From Selaginella moellendorffii (lineage: Eukaryota; Plantae; Lycopodiophyta): a stretch of 64,000 bases of DNA. Positions 37,275 through 50,000 of the stretch are shown in pieces. Positions within the stretch are counted from its first letter, which is position 1, and each line of letters opens with the position of its first letter. The DNA is taken from positions 18,065 through 82,064 of the forward strand of contig NW_003314302.1 in the NCBI RefSeq assembly GCF_000143415.4, read 5' to 3'. The position numbers and the translations under genes are program-made. The notes under the pieces were generated by a model. It worked only from the letters and a program-made list of their open reading frames with translations. It ran no database searches and was not told the origin of the DNA.

Positions 37275-37876
37275 AAAGGGGGACGGGGGAATGTAGGGGG
37301 TTCTAAATGTATAGTAGGGATAGTGGGTAGGTTGGGTATGGCCGACTAATTTGAGGCATAGTCTAACTCCCACTTACGTGTCTGTCCTTATTTTACATCT
37401 AGTTTGGGTCTAAGCCCAAGTTCCATTTCATGCTAGTTGGTGAAGTACCCATGTCCTCGCGTTAGGCCACCAGTATGCCAAAATAGTGCGAAACTCTGTT
37501 TAGCTCCGTTTTGCATACTGGTCTTGGCATTGGGATACTAGTTGCTCTAGAACTAATCCAAGTTGCTCCATGCTCCTGTCCCTTCGCTCCTTAGGCTATA
37601 TGCTTAGGAGTCATTCCGTGCTCTAGTGCCATTGTTCTTTGGCTCTATGCTTGGGGGTTTGGCACCGTTCCTTCATTCAGTGGCCCAAGGCTCTAAAACT
37701 TGGATTCCACACTACTATCCTTTGGACATATGGCAAGTGACATATGGCTTATAAAGGGTTTAGGTTCCGCTTTGTAGTGTTATTCTATGGTAAATCACCA
37801 TAGGATAAAGGTTAAAAACCACATGTGCTACATAAATAGGGGTGAGTTTAACTGTTTGACACACCTAAGTGTTACA
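37275..37876 (+). mobile_element. Polypurine tract plus 585-bp LTR (TGTA...TACA); mirror copy 50059-50643 (-)
   Basis: AAAGGGGGACGGGGGAA then TGTAGG at 37292, ending GTTACA at 37876, with internal TATAAA. Homologous to the sequence after the chromo-integrase at ~62960-63200 and to fragments at ~39660-39875 (-) and ~61720-61800. Confidence 0.65.
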
Positions 37877-37879
37877 TGC

Positions 37880-38920
37880 CCTTCTAATTGTGGGAAAGAT
37901 TGTTGATTGTGATTTTAAGATCACATTAACAAAGAAGATGTGCACAATCATAGACATGAAAAAAAATGGGGGAGAAGATATGCTAGTCTTTATCAACTTA
38001 ATGCCAAGATGGTGTAGCCAGTGAAAGCTCTCCTCGCTGGGATAAAGAACTCTAAACATGGCACAGAAGACTTAACCGAACTAGTGGCAAAAGAAATGGT
38101 AAAAAGTTTAAGTATCACCTCATCATGTGCAATGAATTTTTGCAAATTGTATGCAATCAGTAAATTCCACCAACTCCCTTGTCCATAAACAACCATCAAT
38201 TGTGCTAAAGAAATTCTAGCACCAATTCATTCGATTTTTTAGGAATATGCCCACATTTTCTAGAGACAAGAAGTTATACTTCGTGACCTTCATAAATGAC
38301 TTCTCATAAATCATAGCAGTGACTCCTCAACTCAAGTCAGAAGCCTTCAAGAAATTCAAGGAATACAAGTGGAGTTGTGGACAGGAAAGAAAATCAAAAT
38401 GCTAAAAAGTGATGGAGGCAAGGAGTATACATCCAAAGAATTCCTCAACTGTGATGGTTGTTTATAAAAATTGTAATTCTTCAAAATATAATGGCAATTC
38501 TCAATCCTATTATATAATAGCAGAATGGTGTAGTAGTGCAAATGAATCACACATTCCAAGAGGCAACACAAAATCTTTTGCAAAACTTCAGCTTACTGAA
38601 CTCATTATAGTGTAAAGTCATTGCAATAATAATTGCCAATTTAAAACAGCTGTATCAGAGAAGACTCCATATGAAGTGTGGTATGGTGTAAAACCAAACA
38701 TGAGCCATCTATGTGTTTTTGAAAGCATTTGCTATGTGCATGTGTTGAAAAAGCACAAAGCACTAGCCAACTTGAGCACTAGCCAAAAGTGTGTCCTTGT
38801 TGGATATGTAGACACAATGAAAGGCTATAAGCTCTTTAACCTCGAGACTCAAAAAATGATCATGAGTAGGGACATCATCTTTGATGAGTTTAGGATGTAC
38901 ACAACAAAAGATCTTTAATC
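37880..38920 (+). mobile_element. Ty1/Copia integrase remnant (GAG-pre-integrase, rve, SH3); mirror copy ~48980-50055 (-)
   Basis: YFVTFINDFS, KSEAFKKFKEY, KIKMLKSDGGKEYTSKEF, KTPYEVWYGVKPNMSHLCVF and CVLVGY...KGYKLFN...SRDIIFDE, with many stops and frameshifts. Confidence 0.88.
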
Positions 38921-40842
38921 ATTGCCACAGTTTTCTCTAATAGAAGTAGCTAAGGACAACTAAAAAGACGAATTTTCAATTAGAGCATATGGAATAACGA
39001 AAGGAGCTAGTGATGCGTAGAGAAGTGGCAATTATGACAATCTAGGTGGCAATGAGGATAATACAATGAGCATGGATAGCACTAAAGTTGATCCTAATGG
39101 AAGTGAGGACTTACCCTATAGAGCAAAAGACTTGCCACTCAATACAAGAGGTGTTGGGACTGATGGGAGTGCTCAGAACACAAACCCAGTGGGAAGCAAG
39201 GTTGCAATAGTAGACTAAGGTTATGACTGCATTATTGGCAAGTTGAAATTAGTGATGGCATTTTGAGATGTTTCAGTTCAACACAGACTCATAGATGTTG
39301 GCATCAATATAGAGAATACTTAAATCTATAAGCAACTAAGTGAGCTTCTTGATAAGAAGTAAAGGTTGCTAAAGATTGATGAGCGATACCACCAATTCCT
39401 AAAGCCTTCTATGATTTAGATTTTTATTTTACTAACTCTGATATAGAGGAAGAAGAAAACATGATGACTCCTAGCTTCTACTTCTCTTTAGCCATAGCAT
39501 TTGTCCTAAAGACCATGGAAGCAACTCTTGCCGGACGTAATGCAAATTAACTTGTTTTCGCTTGCGGCTCAAGATAGGACTCTAAGCTTGTTGTGCTATA
39601 AAACAAGGGTCTAATACACACTCAACTTCCCCTACAAACATTAGCTATTTGTATTTAACTCCTATATGCAAAATAATGTTAAATGGTATATGGCATAATT
39701 TTAGCATACCAATGTCCTAATGTGAGGATGTGGGTACCCCACCAATTAAAACAGTATGGAACTTAGGCTTAGGCCTAAATTGAACACAGAATAAGGAGTG
39801 ATATAGCGTAATAGGTTCCAAACTAGTGTTTCAAATGGTCGCTTGTGCTTCGAACTATTATCACTACCATATATTTAAAACATACCACATAGATAGTCAA
39901 ATGGACTCCAAATCTTCCTTTTCATTCCAAATCCAATGAGAGGTGCTGAAACTATATTTTATTATCTCCCAGTGTTCATGGTTTTGTGGTTATAATATAT
40001 ATTCTTCTACTATATAGGGTTGCTAGGTTCAATTCCCAATCCGCCTCATCCTTTCAGGTAGGGACAGTACGGTCTTAGAGTTGCCTCTTGAACATGGATG
40101 CTATTTTATTCTTTTCCTTTCTTATTATTATTACTTTATTTGTTATTATTGGCTGGAGAAAGAGCACAAAATGTCTTGGTGAGCTAGAGAGAGGAGCTTA
40201 TTGAGAGCTGGGCATGACATTACACTGTAGGAATCTAAAAGTGAAAGGAAACTATTATTATTTTATTTTTTTATTATTGGCTAGAGAAAGAGTGCAAAAT
40301 GTCTTGGTGAGCTAGAGGGAGGAGCTTACTGAGAGCTGGGTGACATTACACCATAGAAATCTAAAAGTGTAACTTGCAATGTATATGTTTAAAAGACTAT
40401 AGTGAGCTATATTTGTAGAAGGAAAAAGGAAAAGTCCCTTGTAGATTGATCAAACAGATCATTAAAAAGTATTAACTTAGGTGCATCTCCACTGTAGTCA
40501 TGCAATCAAATTTTGTGGAAGGGAAGATATATATTTGATTTGCTCCAGCACACAAACAGCACAAACATGCCATTGACCTTACCAATTCGATCATATATAC
40601 CAAACAATCACACACAATGTTGTGCCATTGAATTCTTGATGACCCTGCCAGCATATGCAAGCCTTCCTCACCATTTGAACAAGAAAGACACTAGCCAACA
40701 AGCTAGAAATAGTGAATGAGAATGAACTTTTAAACGCATTTTATTATAGTCGTAACTACATCACAGCCGTTGGATTAAAGGATATCTTAGAATATACCAT
40801 CCAAACCGTTAGATTTTAGTGCGGCTAGGGTTTCGCGTGGCT

Positions 40843-41908
40843 ATGGACTTCCGGGGGCGAGGTGAGAGAGACTCGGGTATTCGTCTTCCTCTGTGCAGCG
40901 GAAAGCTGCCATCTCTGGATGTTTGGGTGGCTTGAATCCCTCGGAGCTCTCCATCCGGTTGCACCCAGACGAAGGCAACGTTTTCCATCCCCCCTCTCTC
41001 AACTCCTGGTCCAGGAGCTCAGCTGCATCTATTCTGACGCAATTTCTTCGCTCCCTGACGCATCCCTTCCCGACGCCAAGACGTGGCAAAATGCGGCGAT
41101 CATCCAAGGCATCCAGCCGCCCAAGGACGAAAGGGAGCCGGCTTGGATGTCGGAGCTGTCCGAGATTTGCAGAGGTAGGATCGACGTGGACTTGCTTTTG
41201 TGCCACAAATTTCATGCTCGCCTTTCGCTACCATCTGGACGTGAACGATCCAAACGGCGTCTCCATCGACAAGGAACAAGATTGCCAGGACCTGATCACG
41301 CAAGAAGAAGAAGAGCTCTACATTGATCGTCACCTCCCTCGAGCTCAAGCTGACGAGATTGTGTGCGAGATCTGTCAAGTTTTGCCACAGTCGTACCGGA
41401 GGTTTTCCGCGTGATCAACTGGGACGTGGAGGTGAGGAGCAAAAGCTCGGCCGTTCTTGCGCATGGAAGCGACGCTGTTCTTGGGATCGAAGTCGTCAGT
41501 GGGCTGAGCCGGCAGGGATTGAACAGATGCGAGATGGAATTCTACCTGTGGGCGAGCTCGTCCAAGCTCCCGTTTTTGCAGCTGGTGACTGATTTCAAGA
41601 GTGCCGCTGTCTTTTACTATCGGTTTCCGCGGACAGGATCCATCGCCACCTTGAGGAAGCTCGTGAAGTTGATCGCGTCGAGATTGCCCCCGGACTGCAA
41701 TTGTCCAGAGTCTGAAATGGCTTGGTCGATTCTGGGCTGGAAACGCTTCGGAAGCGATCATGTTGGAGAGGTATCGATTCGGCCAGTAGCTGCTCTCCAG
41801 GATCCGCGCGTGGATCCTCCAAATCTCTGGCCTCGCAGCCCCTGGATGTCGTCCACGTGGACAGTCGGAAAATCTTCCTTTGCATTCAAATCCAATGACA
41901 GGTGGTGA
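40843..41908 (+). pseudogene. GC-rich orphan gene or pseudogene, amplified (copies 56769-57831 +, 47600-48390 - partial, ~60354-60500 + decayed)
   Basis: GC/CpG-rich island with overlapping 154-181 aa frames that are not joined in one frame. Promoter-like motifs lie upstream. No family recognised. Confidence 0.45.
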
Positions 41909-41930
41909 AACTATATTTTATTATCTCCCA

Positions 41931-42090
41931 GTGTTCATGGCTTTGTGGTTATAGCATGCATGCTGTAATGTTCTATTGTGTAGGGTTGCTGGGTTCGATT
42001 CCCATCCGCCTCAACTTCCAATTAAGAACAATACGGTCTTAGGGTCGCCCCCTAAACATGAATACTATTTTATTATTTTATTATTAGATT
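41931..42090 (+). mobile_element. tRNA-derived SINE-like element or degenerate tRNA (six copies in window)
   Basis: A-box TGGCTTTGTGG (41938-41948), B-box GGTTCGATTCC (41992-42002), D- and T-stems pair, acceptor stem does not, (TTAT)-rich tail. Other copies at ~39972, ~47495 (-), ~55889, ~57854 and ~60541. Confidence 0.55.
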
Positions 42091-43313
42091 AATTGCAAGC
42101 ATGAACACTATTTTATTTTACTAGTGAGAGTCAAAATCTCACCTAAGATTAACTGTGTTGAGTTTCTGGGTGTTAAGTTGGTACTAGATTATAGTAAAAA
42201 AGTAGAACCAAACTTGTAATCAATGGAATCCATTCTTACAGACTTGTCTTGGAAGTGGCATTGATACTTCTCCTAGTGAATTTGGACAAGGCACACTTAC
42301 TGTAAAGGGGCAGAGTGAAGTAAACAACTGGTTTGCATACTCAGTCATCCTGTCCATGCATTGCAATGCATGGTGAATTATTGGTGGATCCTGATTCTTG
42401 ACAGAAAAGGACACAAAGAATTGAAATAGATTTCAAGTGAAAGCTTTTAAAAAGCAAGCAAACCATACATAGCCTACCAGTATGTTGTCAAGTCTAAATT
42501 GAAAGTCAATAGGAAAAGGTTATTCATCCACAATTTGTATATATAGGCAATTATTGTTATTGTAAATATTGTTCTTTCTATATATAAAATTGGGCATTAG
42601 CTTAGAACTCAAGTGAAAACTTAATACTCAATGACGAGCTCGTTTCTGCTCGACCATTTCCACTTGTGAAAATTGCTCAAACATCTGTTTTTCCAATTAG
42701 AGCTTCCTCCTGGATACTGTCAGGAATCCCCCAATTCTTGCCACATTCCTTACTCTCGCCAAATTCTTGACCCGCAGATTACATTCCTAACTCTCAAGAC
42801 ACTTCCCTATTCCTAGCTTTCTGATTTCCCGTATGATTCCTGATTCTCAAACCACATTCTTGATGATGATGTGACACCTTCTTGACCTCAGCTATATTTA
42901 GGTTGTCCTCGATCCAAGAGTGGTGGAGCTTCATCAACCTATAATATATATACATGAGCCTTGTTCCATTTCTCCACAATCTGAATCAATGCCAATCTAA
43001 GGCCTCTTCTCCATCTCCTCTAGCTTTTCTATTTGTCTTCTGTATTTTCCAATCCTGATCTTGTTGAGGGTCTTGACAATTTGATTTAGATTGTGGTTTT
43101 TGCTTTTGCTTTAGCTCGTTTTGGTTGTTTGATTGCCTTTGCCTTTTTCCCCCTTTTCTTTCTTCTTTGCCAATAAAGTCTCCAAGCCATCCTGATTCCT
43201 TCGCCAAAGTCCTTGCAAAAATCCAGTCTAAGAATACCAAGTTGAAGGCAGCCCTTCTTCACATGCAACAGGAGCTTGCTTCACTTTCGGCTCAAGGATT
43301 AAGTAGAGTTCTT

Positions 43314-45171
43314 TGTGAGACACAAAATCCCTAGGCCCCAAAGTGGAGCCGGAAGGGCGCCACATGGTAGTGGCCGAAGCGAGAGCCAAACGAGCGTAAC
43401 ACGTTTGGACCAAAAGCTCCGACTTGAAAAGTCAAGAGCGGGAGTGGAACTCCCAACGAAGTGCTCGAGGAACGAGCACGAAGCGAGCAAAAGGCAAGGC
43501 TCCAAAAAGGGACCCAAAAGGACCAACACATGACACGTGGGAGTGTCCGAGATGGACCCGAGATGGAGTCCGAGATGGAGTCCGAGATGGAGTCCGAGGT
43601 GGACCCGAGATGGACCCGAGTTGGAGTCCAAAGTGGAGTCCGAGATGGACCCGAGATGGAGTCCGAGATGGAGTCCGAGATGGAGTCCGAGGTGGACCCG
43701 AGATGGACCCGAAATGGAGTCCGAGATGGAGTCTGAGATAGACCCGAGATGGAGTCCGAGATGGAGTCCGAGATGGAGTCCGAGGTGGACCCGAGATGGA
43801 CCCGAAATGGAGTCCGAGATGGAGTCCGAGATGGACCCGAGGTGGAGTCCGAGATGGAGTCCGAGATGGACCCGAGATGGACCCGAGATGGAGTCCGAGA
43901 TGGAGTCCGAGATGGAGTCCGAGATGGAGTCCGAAGTCGAGACCGAGACCGGAACCGAGACCGGGACCGAGACCGAGACCGAGACCGAGATCAGGACCGA
44001 GACCGAGACCGGAACCGAGACCGGGACCGAGACCGAGACCGAGACCGAGATCAGGACCGAGACCGAGACCGAGGCCGAGGCCAAGACCGAGCCCGAGCCC
44101 GAGTCCGAGTCCGAATCCGAGTCCGAGTCCGAGTCCGAGTCCGAGTCCGAGTCCGAGTCCGAGTCCGGAGCCTGAGAGGGTGAAAGCCCAAAGCGTTCGT
44201 CTCCCAGACCCTGGGGGGTTTGGTGAGCTCCAAAAGTATAGTAGGGGGAGGACTGCAGTGGAGCCAGTTTGGCCAGGAAAGGCCAGTTTGGCCCAGGAAG
44301 GCCAGACCCAGTGTTGGGTGATGAACTGACCACTGGGAAGTCCAAGACTAGAGTGAATACGGACCGACAAGCGGGGTAGCTTGGTGAAGTGTTCAAGAGC
44401 CGGCTCTAGTTCCCCCGGGAGATTGACTGGCCGATGCTCCCAGTCCAAGTGTGGATGGCACTACCTACTTGGATACCAAGCGTGGCTCAATGGAACCTCG
44501 CTCTAAGCCCATGGCTAGAGCACCTAAAGGCGATAGGTGGGGAGAGTACCCAGGTGGCTCGCGTAAGGCCACAGTGTTCCGAAATGTTGTCCCAAAGGCC
44601 CAGACTGTGGAAAGGAAGAGGAGCAGTCCTCTGGGGTAGTGACCAAGGACACAGTCATGTGGTGAGGAAGTCCCAGACGACCGTGGGACTTAGTGGTCGG
44701 GCCTGTGGGCCTCGATCCAGTGGCAGTGTTGGCAAACACGGCCAGGGGCAGAAAGGGACTTGGTAGGAACTGACAAAGGGACTTTGGGGAAGGCAATTCC
44801 CCAGGTCTGTGGGCATCCTAAGGATGCTAAGGAGTGGATCTAGGATGACCACTCGTGGACACATGGCCCAGTCTTGGAGAGACGAGGTGGTGATGCAAGT
44901 GGTGTTGAACCACTAGTGCAGCAAAGGTGAATGGGCATTGCCTTAGCGTAACGGGCCGAGACGTCAGTGGTACCTTTGGGTGTCGGTCTCAGGACCGGAC
45001 ACGTGGAGCACTTGGACCAGGTGCAGGTGTGGAGTGGCATGGATGCCATTCTTGGGGCTAGCAAGTCCCAAGTCCTGAATTGGACTGATGGAGGTTGTGA
45101 ATGAGACTCCTCCAAGTGGTCGGAGGTGTGGTTAAGTGACTAAAGTAGAATGGAAAATCTAGTCGCTTACA
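43314..45171. mobile_element. Nested solo LTR (1858 bp) with 5-bp TSD TTCTT
   Basis: TGTGAG...CTTACA termini with TTCTT at 43309-43313 and 45172-45176. Excision restores the gag frame SRVL|ELKVSFP. Confidence 0.88.
43540..44170. repeat. Compound mini/microsatellite (GAGTCCGAGATG, GACCCGAGATG, GAGACC, GAGTCC units)
   Basis: Direct reading; it explains the low-complexity six-frame ORFs at 43299-44448. Confidence 0.95.
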
Positions 45172-47075
45172 TTCTTGAACTGAAGGTGAGTTTCCCAGCG
45201 AAGTTCTCAAGCAAGCGTTTGGAACTTCGCGAATTCCTAAACTAGATGGAGCTGATCTTTGCACTTCAACATCAGCGGTACCCCACTCCCGAGTCTCACA
45301 TCAGCGCAATCGGGACATTGCTCAAAGGTGCAACTTTGTCATGGTTTTCTTCTCTCCTGGAGAAGAGCATGAAAGGGGTTGTGGTTCTGGAGCTGATGGA
45401 TCTTCAGTTGTTCAAAGACATGTTTTGGCGAGATAGATTGAGTTTGGGCTGCCACCACAAAGATGAGATGTCTCTCTCAAGGGTCTCATCCTGCGTCGAT
45501 CTATGCTGCGGAGTTCTAACTCCTTGCCTTGGACACTTAGTGGGATGAGCAGCCCCTAATTGATTAATTTCGTTTCGGCCTCAACAACAGTATCAAGGAT
45601 TTGTTGCTCACCATGGAGGATCTCACGGACCTATCGGACGCCATCAACAAAACTATTCGATGTGACAATCATCTCTTTGAATGTCATCAGGAAAGTCGCC
45701 GCACCGCCGTTTTCTCGTCCCAGACTAAGGAATCCCAGCTTGAGTCTTTAGGGCATACTCTTGAACCTACTGCTCCGGTCCCAATGGATATTTTTGGTAC
45801 TCCCCGACTCATCAAAGGGAAGCTGAGTCCTGCTGAGAAGCAATATTAAGTATCTTAGAATCTTTGCCTCTACTATGCTGATCTTAATCACAAAGCGGCT
45901 ATCTGTCCCAAGAAGCCTCCCCGACTACTGGAGTTCACTTTGCCTCAACGTCCACCTTTGTTGCCATCGGGAAACGACCCTGTCCAAACAGAGTAGGAGC
46001 TGTCTGTTTGGACTCCTCAAATAAAAATCACTTTTCTTCTTTATCAAACTCCTCACGACCTTTCATCAAAGCCAACACCAATTCTTGCAACTTCTGCATC
46101 CCTTGTCTCCTTTCTTTCACTGGACAATCAGGACTCAAGGCTCTGGCGCTATTGGACTCGGGTGCAACTTTCAACTTCATGGACATGAACTTTGCTACCC
46201 GACATCACGTTCCTGTTTCTCCTACCATACAGGATCTGAGGGTTGAAGGCATCAACGGGCATTTTTTGTCTCCATCTTCTAGACTTAGGGAACCATTGCC
46301 CATTCGAGTACACATCGGGTCCACCGTCACTGATATTACCTTCAACATCATCAACAACAAGTCCTCCTTTGTGGTCCTTGGCCTTCCTTGGTTCCAATTG
46401 CACCAGCCTTAAATCTATTGGAAGGAATTATAGGTCGTCTCTCCCACGTCACCATCTCCCACATCTTCCCCTGTTATTCATCGAGTCCAAATCAGAAAAA
46501 GTTCCCTAAGCTCAAATTAGGGTTCTATTCCCAATTCTATGAAGTTTTCACCGTCTTTGCTCCCTATCCCTCAATCTTCTTTTCCCTCTTTTCAATCTTA
46601 CACTAGACAGTATCCTTGTCCCATCATTCCATTTAGTTGTACGCCTCCTCCTATCTCCACAATTACTTTGAATGAACTCCTTCACAAAGAACATGTTTTC
46701 CTTTTTGCTTTGCATATTTCTCCTGTCAATCTTCCTGAGAAGTATCATGATTTTAGGGATGTGTTTGACAAGATAAAAGCTAGTGTACTACCTATTCATT
46801 GGCCTTACAACTGTCCCATTGATTTATAGGAAGGAGTGTCACCTCCATAGGGGCTTATCTACGGGTTATCTGCGTCCGAGCTTAAGGCCCTTAAAGAGTA
46901 TGTGGACGAGAACCTTGCATCGGGGTACATTTAGCATTTGCAGTCTCTGGCTGGAGCACTTGTCTACTTTGTCAAGAAGAAGGATGGGAGTTTGCAGTTA
47001 GTCATCAACTACCGAGGTTTGAACAAGGTGATTGTTCGGAATCGTTATTTGCTGCCCCTGATCTCGGACCTGTTG

Positions 47076-50000
47076 AATCTATTTCAATTCTTTGTGTCCT
47101 TTTCTGTCAAGAATCAGGATCCACCAATAATTCACCATGCATTGCAATGCATGGACGGGATGACTGAGTATGCAAACCAGTTGTTTACTTCACTCTGCCC
47201 CTTTACAGTAAGTGTGCCTTGTCCAAATTCACTAGGAGAAGTATCAATGCCACTTCCAAGACAAGTCTGTAAGAATGGATTCCATTGATTACAAGTTTGG
47301 TTCTACTTCTTTACTATGATCTAGTACCAACTTAACACCCAGAAACTCAACACAGTTAATCTTAGGTGAGATTTTGACTCTCACTAGTAAAATAAAATAG
47401 TGTTCATGCTTGCAATTAATCTAATAATAAAATAATAAAATAGTATTCATGTTTAGGGGGCGACCCTAAGACCGTATTGTTCTTAATTGGAAGTTGAGGC
47501 GGATGGGAATCGAACCCAGCAACCCTACACAATAGAACATTACAGCATGCATGCTATAACCACAAAGCCATGAACACTGGGAGATAATAAAATATAGTTT
47601 CACCACCTGTCATTGGATTTGAATGCAAAGGAAGATTTTCCGACTGTCCACGTGGACGACATCCAGGGGCTGCGAGGCCAGAGATTTGGAGGATCCACGT
47701 GCGGATCCTGGAGAGCAGCTACTGGCCGAATCGATACCTCTCCAACATGATCGCTTCCGAAGCGTTTCCAGCCCAGAATCGACCAAGCCATTTCAGACTC
47801 TGGACAATTGCAGTCTGGGGGCAATCTCGACGCGATCAACTTCACGAGCTTCCTCAAGGTGGCGATGGATCCTGTCCGCGGAAACCGATAGTAAAAGACA
47901 GCGGCACTCTTGAAATCAGTCACCAGCTGCAAAAACGGGAGCTTGGACGAGCTTGCCCACAGGTAGAATTCCATCTCGCATCTGTTCAATCCCTGCCGGC
48001 TCAGCCCACTGACGACTTCGATCCCAAGAACAGCGTCGCTTCCATGTGCAAGAACGGCCGAGCTTTTGCTCCTCACCTCCACGTCCCAGTTGATCACGCA
48101 GAAAACCTCCGGTACGACTGTGGCAAAACTTGACAGATCTCACACACAATCTCGTCAGCTTGAGCTCGAGGGACGTGACGATCAATGTAGAGCTCTTCTT
48201 CTTCTTGCGTGATCAGGTCCTGGCAATCTTGGCAATTTTGCCGCGTCTTGGCGTCGGGAAGGGATGCGTCAGGGAGCGAAGCAATTGTGTCAGAATAGAT
48301 GCAGCTGAGCTCCTGGACCAGGAGTTGAGAGAGAGGAGATGGAAAACGTCGCCTTCGTCTGGGTGCAACCGGATGGAGAGCTCCGAGGGAGAATGCTATG
48401 GCTAAAGAGAAGTAGAAGCTAGGAGTCATCATGTTTTCTTCTTCCTCTATATCAGAGTTAGTAAAATAAAAATCTAAATCATAGAAGGCTTTAGGAATTG
48501 GTGGTATCGCTCATCAATCTTTAGCAACCTTTGCTTCTTGTCAAGAAGCTCACTTAGTTGCTTATAGATTTAAGTACTCTCTATATTGATACCAACATCT
48601 ATAAGTTTGTGCTGAATCGAAACATCTCAAAATGCCATCACTAATTTCAACTCTAGTCTTGCCAATAATGCAGTCATAACCTTAGTCTACTATTGCAACC
48701 TTGCTTCCCACTGGGTTTGTGTTCTGAACACTCCCACCAATCCCAATACCTCTTGTATTGAGTGGCAAGTCTTTTGCTCTATAGGGTAAGTCCTCACTTC
48801 CATTAGAATCAACTTTAGTGCCATCCATGCTCATTGTATTATCCTCATTGCCACCTAGATTGTCATAATTGCCACTTCTCTACGCATCACTAGCTCCTTT
48901 CGTTATTCCATATGCTCTAATTGAAAATTCGTCTTTTTAGTTGTCCTTAGCTACTTCTATTAGAGAAAACTGTGGCAATGATTAAAGATCTTTTGTTGTG
49001 TACATCCTAAACTCATCAAAGATGATGTCCCTACTCATGATCATTTTTTGAGTCTCGAGGTTAAAGAGCTTATAGCCTTTCATTGTGTCTACATATCCAA
49101 CAAGGACACACTTTTGGCTAGTGCTCAAGTTGGCTAGTGCTTTGTGCTTTTTCAACACATGCACATAGCAAATGCTTTCAAAAACACATAGATGGCTCAT
49201 GTTTGGTTTTACACCATACCACACTTCATATGGAGTCTTCTCTGATACAACTGTTTTAAATTGGCAATTACACTATTGCGATGATTTCACACTATAATGA
49301 GTTTGGTAAGCTGAAGTCTTGCAAAAGATTTTGTGTTGCCTCTTGGAATGTGTGATTCATTTGCACTACTACACCATTCTGCTATTATATAATAGGATTG
49401 AGAATTGCTATTATATTTTGAGGAATTACAATTTTTATAAACAACCATCACAGTTGAGGAATTCTTTGGATGTATACTCTTTGCCTCCATCACTTTTTAG
49501 CATTTTGATTTTCTTTCCTGTCCACAACTCCACTTGTATTCCTTGAATTTCTTGAAGGCTTCTGACTTGAGTTGAGGAGTCATTGCTATGATTTATGAGA
49601 AGTCGTTTATGAAGGTCACGAAGTATAACTTCTTGTCTCTAGAAAATGTGGGCATATTCCTAAAAAAATCGAATGAGTTGGTGCTAGAATTTCTTTAGCA
49701 CAATTCATGGTTGTTTATAGACAAGGGAGTTGGTGGAATTTACTGATTGCACACAATTTGCAAAATTCATTGCACATGATAAGGTGATATTCAAACTTTT
49801 TACCATTTCTTTTGCCACTAGTTCTTTAATGTTTTGTAGGTTTATGTGGTTAAGTCTTCTGTGCCATGTTTAGAGTTCTTTATCCCAGCGAGGAGAGCTT
49901 TCACTGGCTACACCATCTTGGCATTAAGTTGATAAAGACTAGCATGTCTTCTCCTACAAGTTATTCCATTTTTTTTCATGTCTATGATTGTGCACATCCT

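Larger units (their letters stand above)
34248..42432 (+). repeat. Left arm of large inverted duplication
   Basis: 34248-39501 is the reverse complement of 48392-53691, and 40937-42432 of 47076-48390. Confidence 0.92.
39823..42706 (+). repeat. Direct segmental duplication unit (second copy ~55741-58600)
   Basis: Identical ORF translations at 40862/56788, 40893/56819 and 40841/56767; flanks align by eye. Confidence 0.92.
42718..47075 (+). mobile_element. Ty3/Gypsy chromovirus (Tf1/sushi/Tcn1-like), 5' LTR-gag-PR-start of RT, 3'-truncated and decayed
   Basis: LTR 42718-43078 (TGTCAGGA...TCTTGACA, TATA at 42940). Gag ELKVSFPAKF...LREFLN*MELIF, degenerate CCHC knuckle, protease [30 protein letters not shown]...[11 protein letters not shown] cut at ~47075. 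Confidence 0.9.

Noticed and set aside
41931-42012. Functional tRNA-Tyr gene
   Set aside because: The acceptor stem does not pair and the copies are degenerate; kept only as a SINE-like candidate.
43540-44170. CRISPR-like array
   Set aside because: Tandem units without unique spacers, a eukaryotic context and no cas genes.
43299-44448. Long ORFs of 338-365 aa (SDSD, GLGL, RPRP repeats)
   Set aside because: They arise from a stop-free satellite inside a solo LTR and are open in nearly all frames.
46938-47288. 116-aa ORF as a novel RT fusion protein
   Set aside because: Chance read-through across the RT truncation into the inverted arm; the upstream pol has stops.
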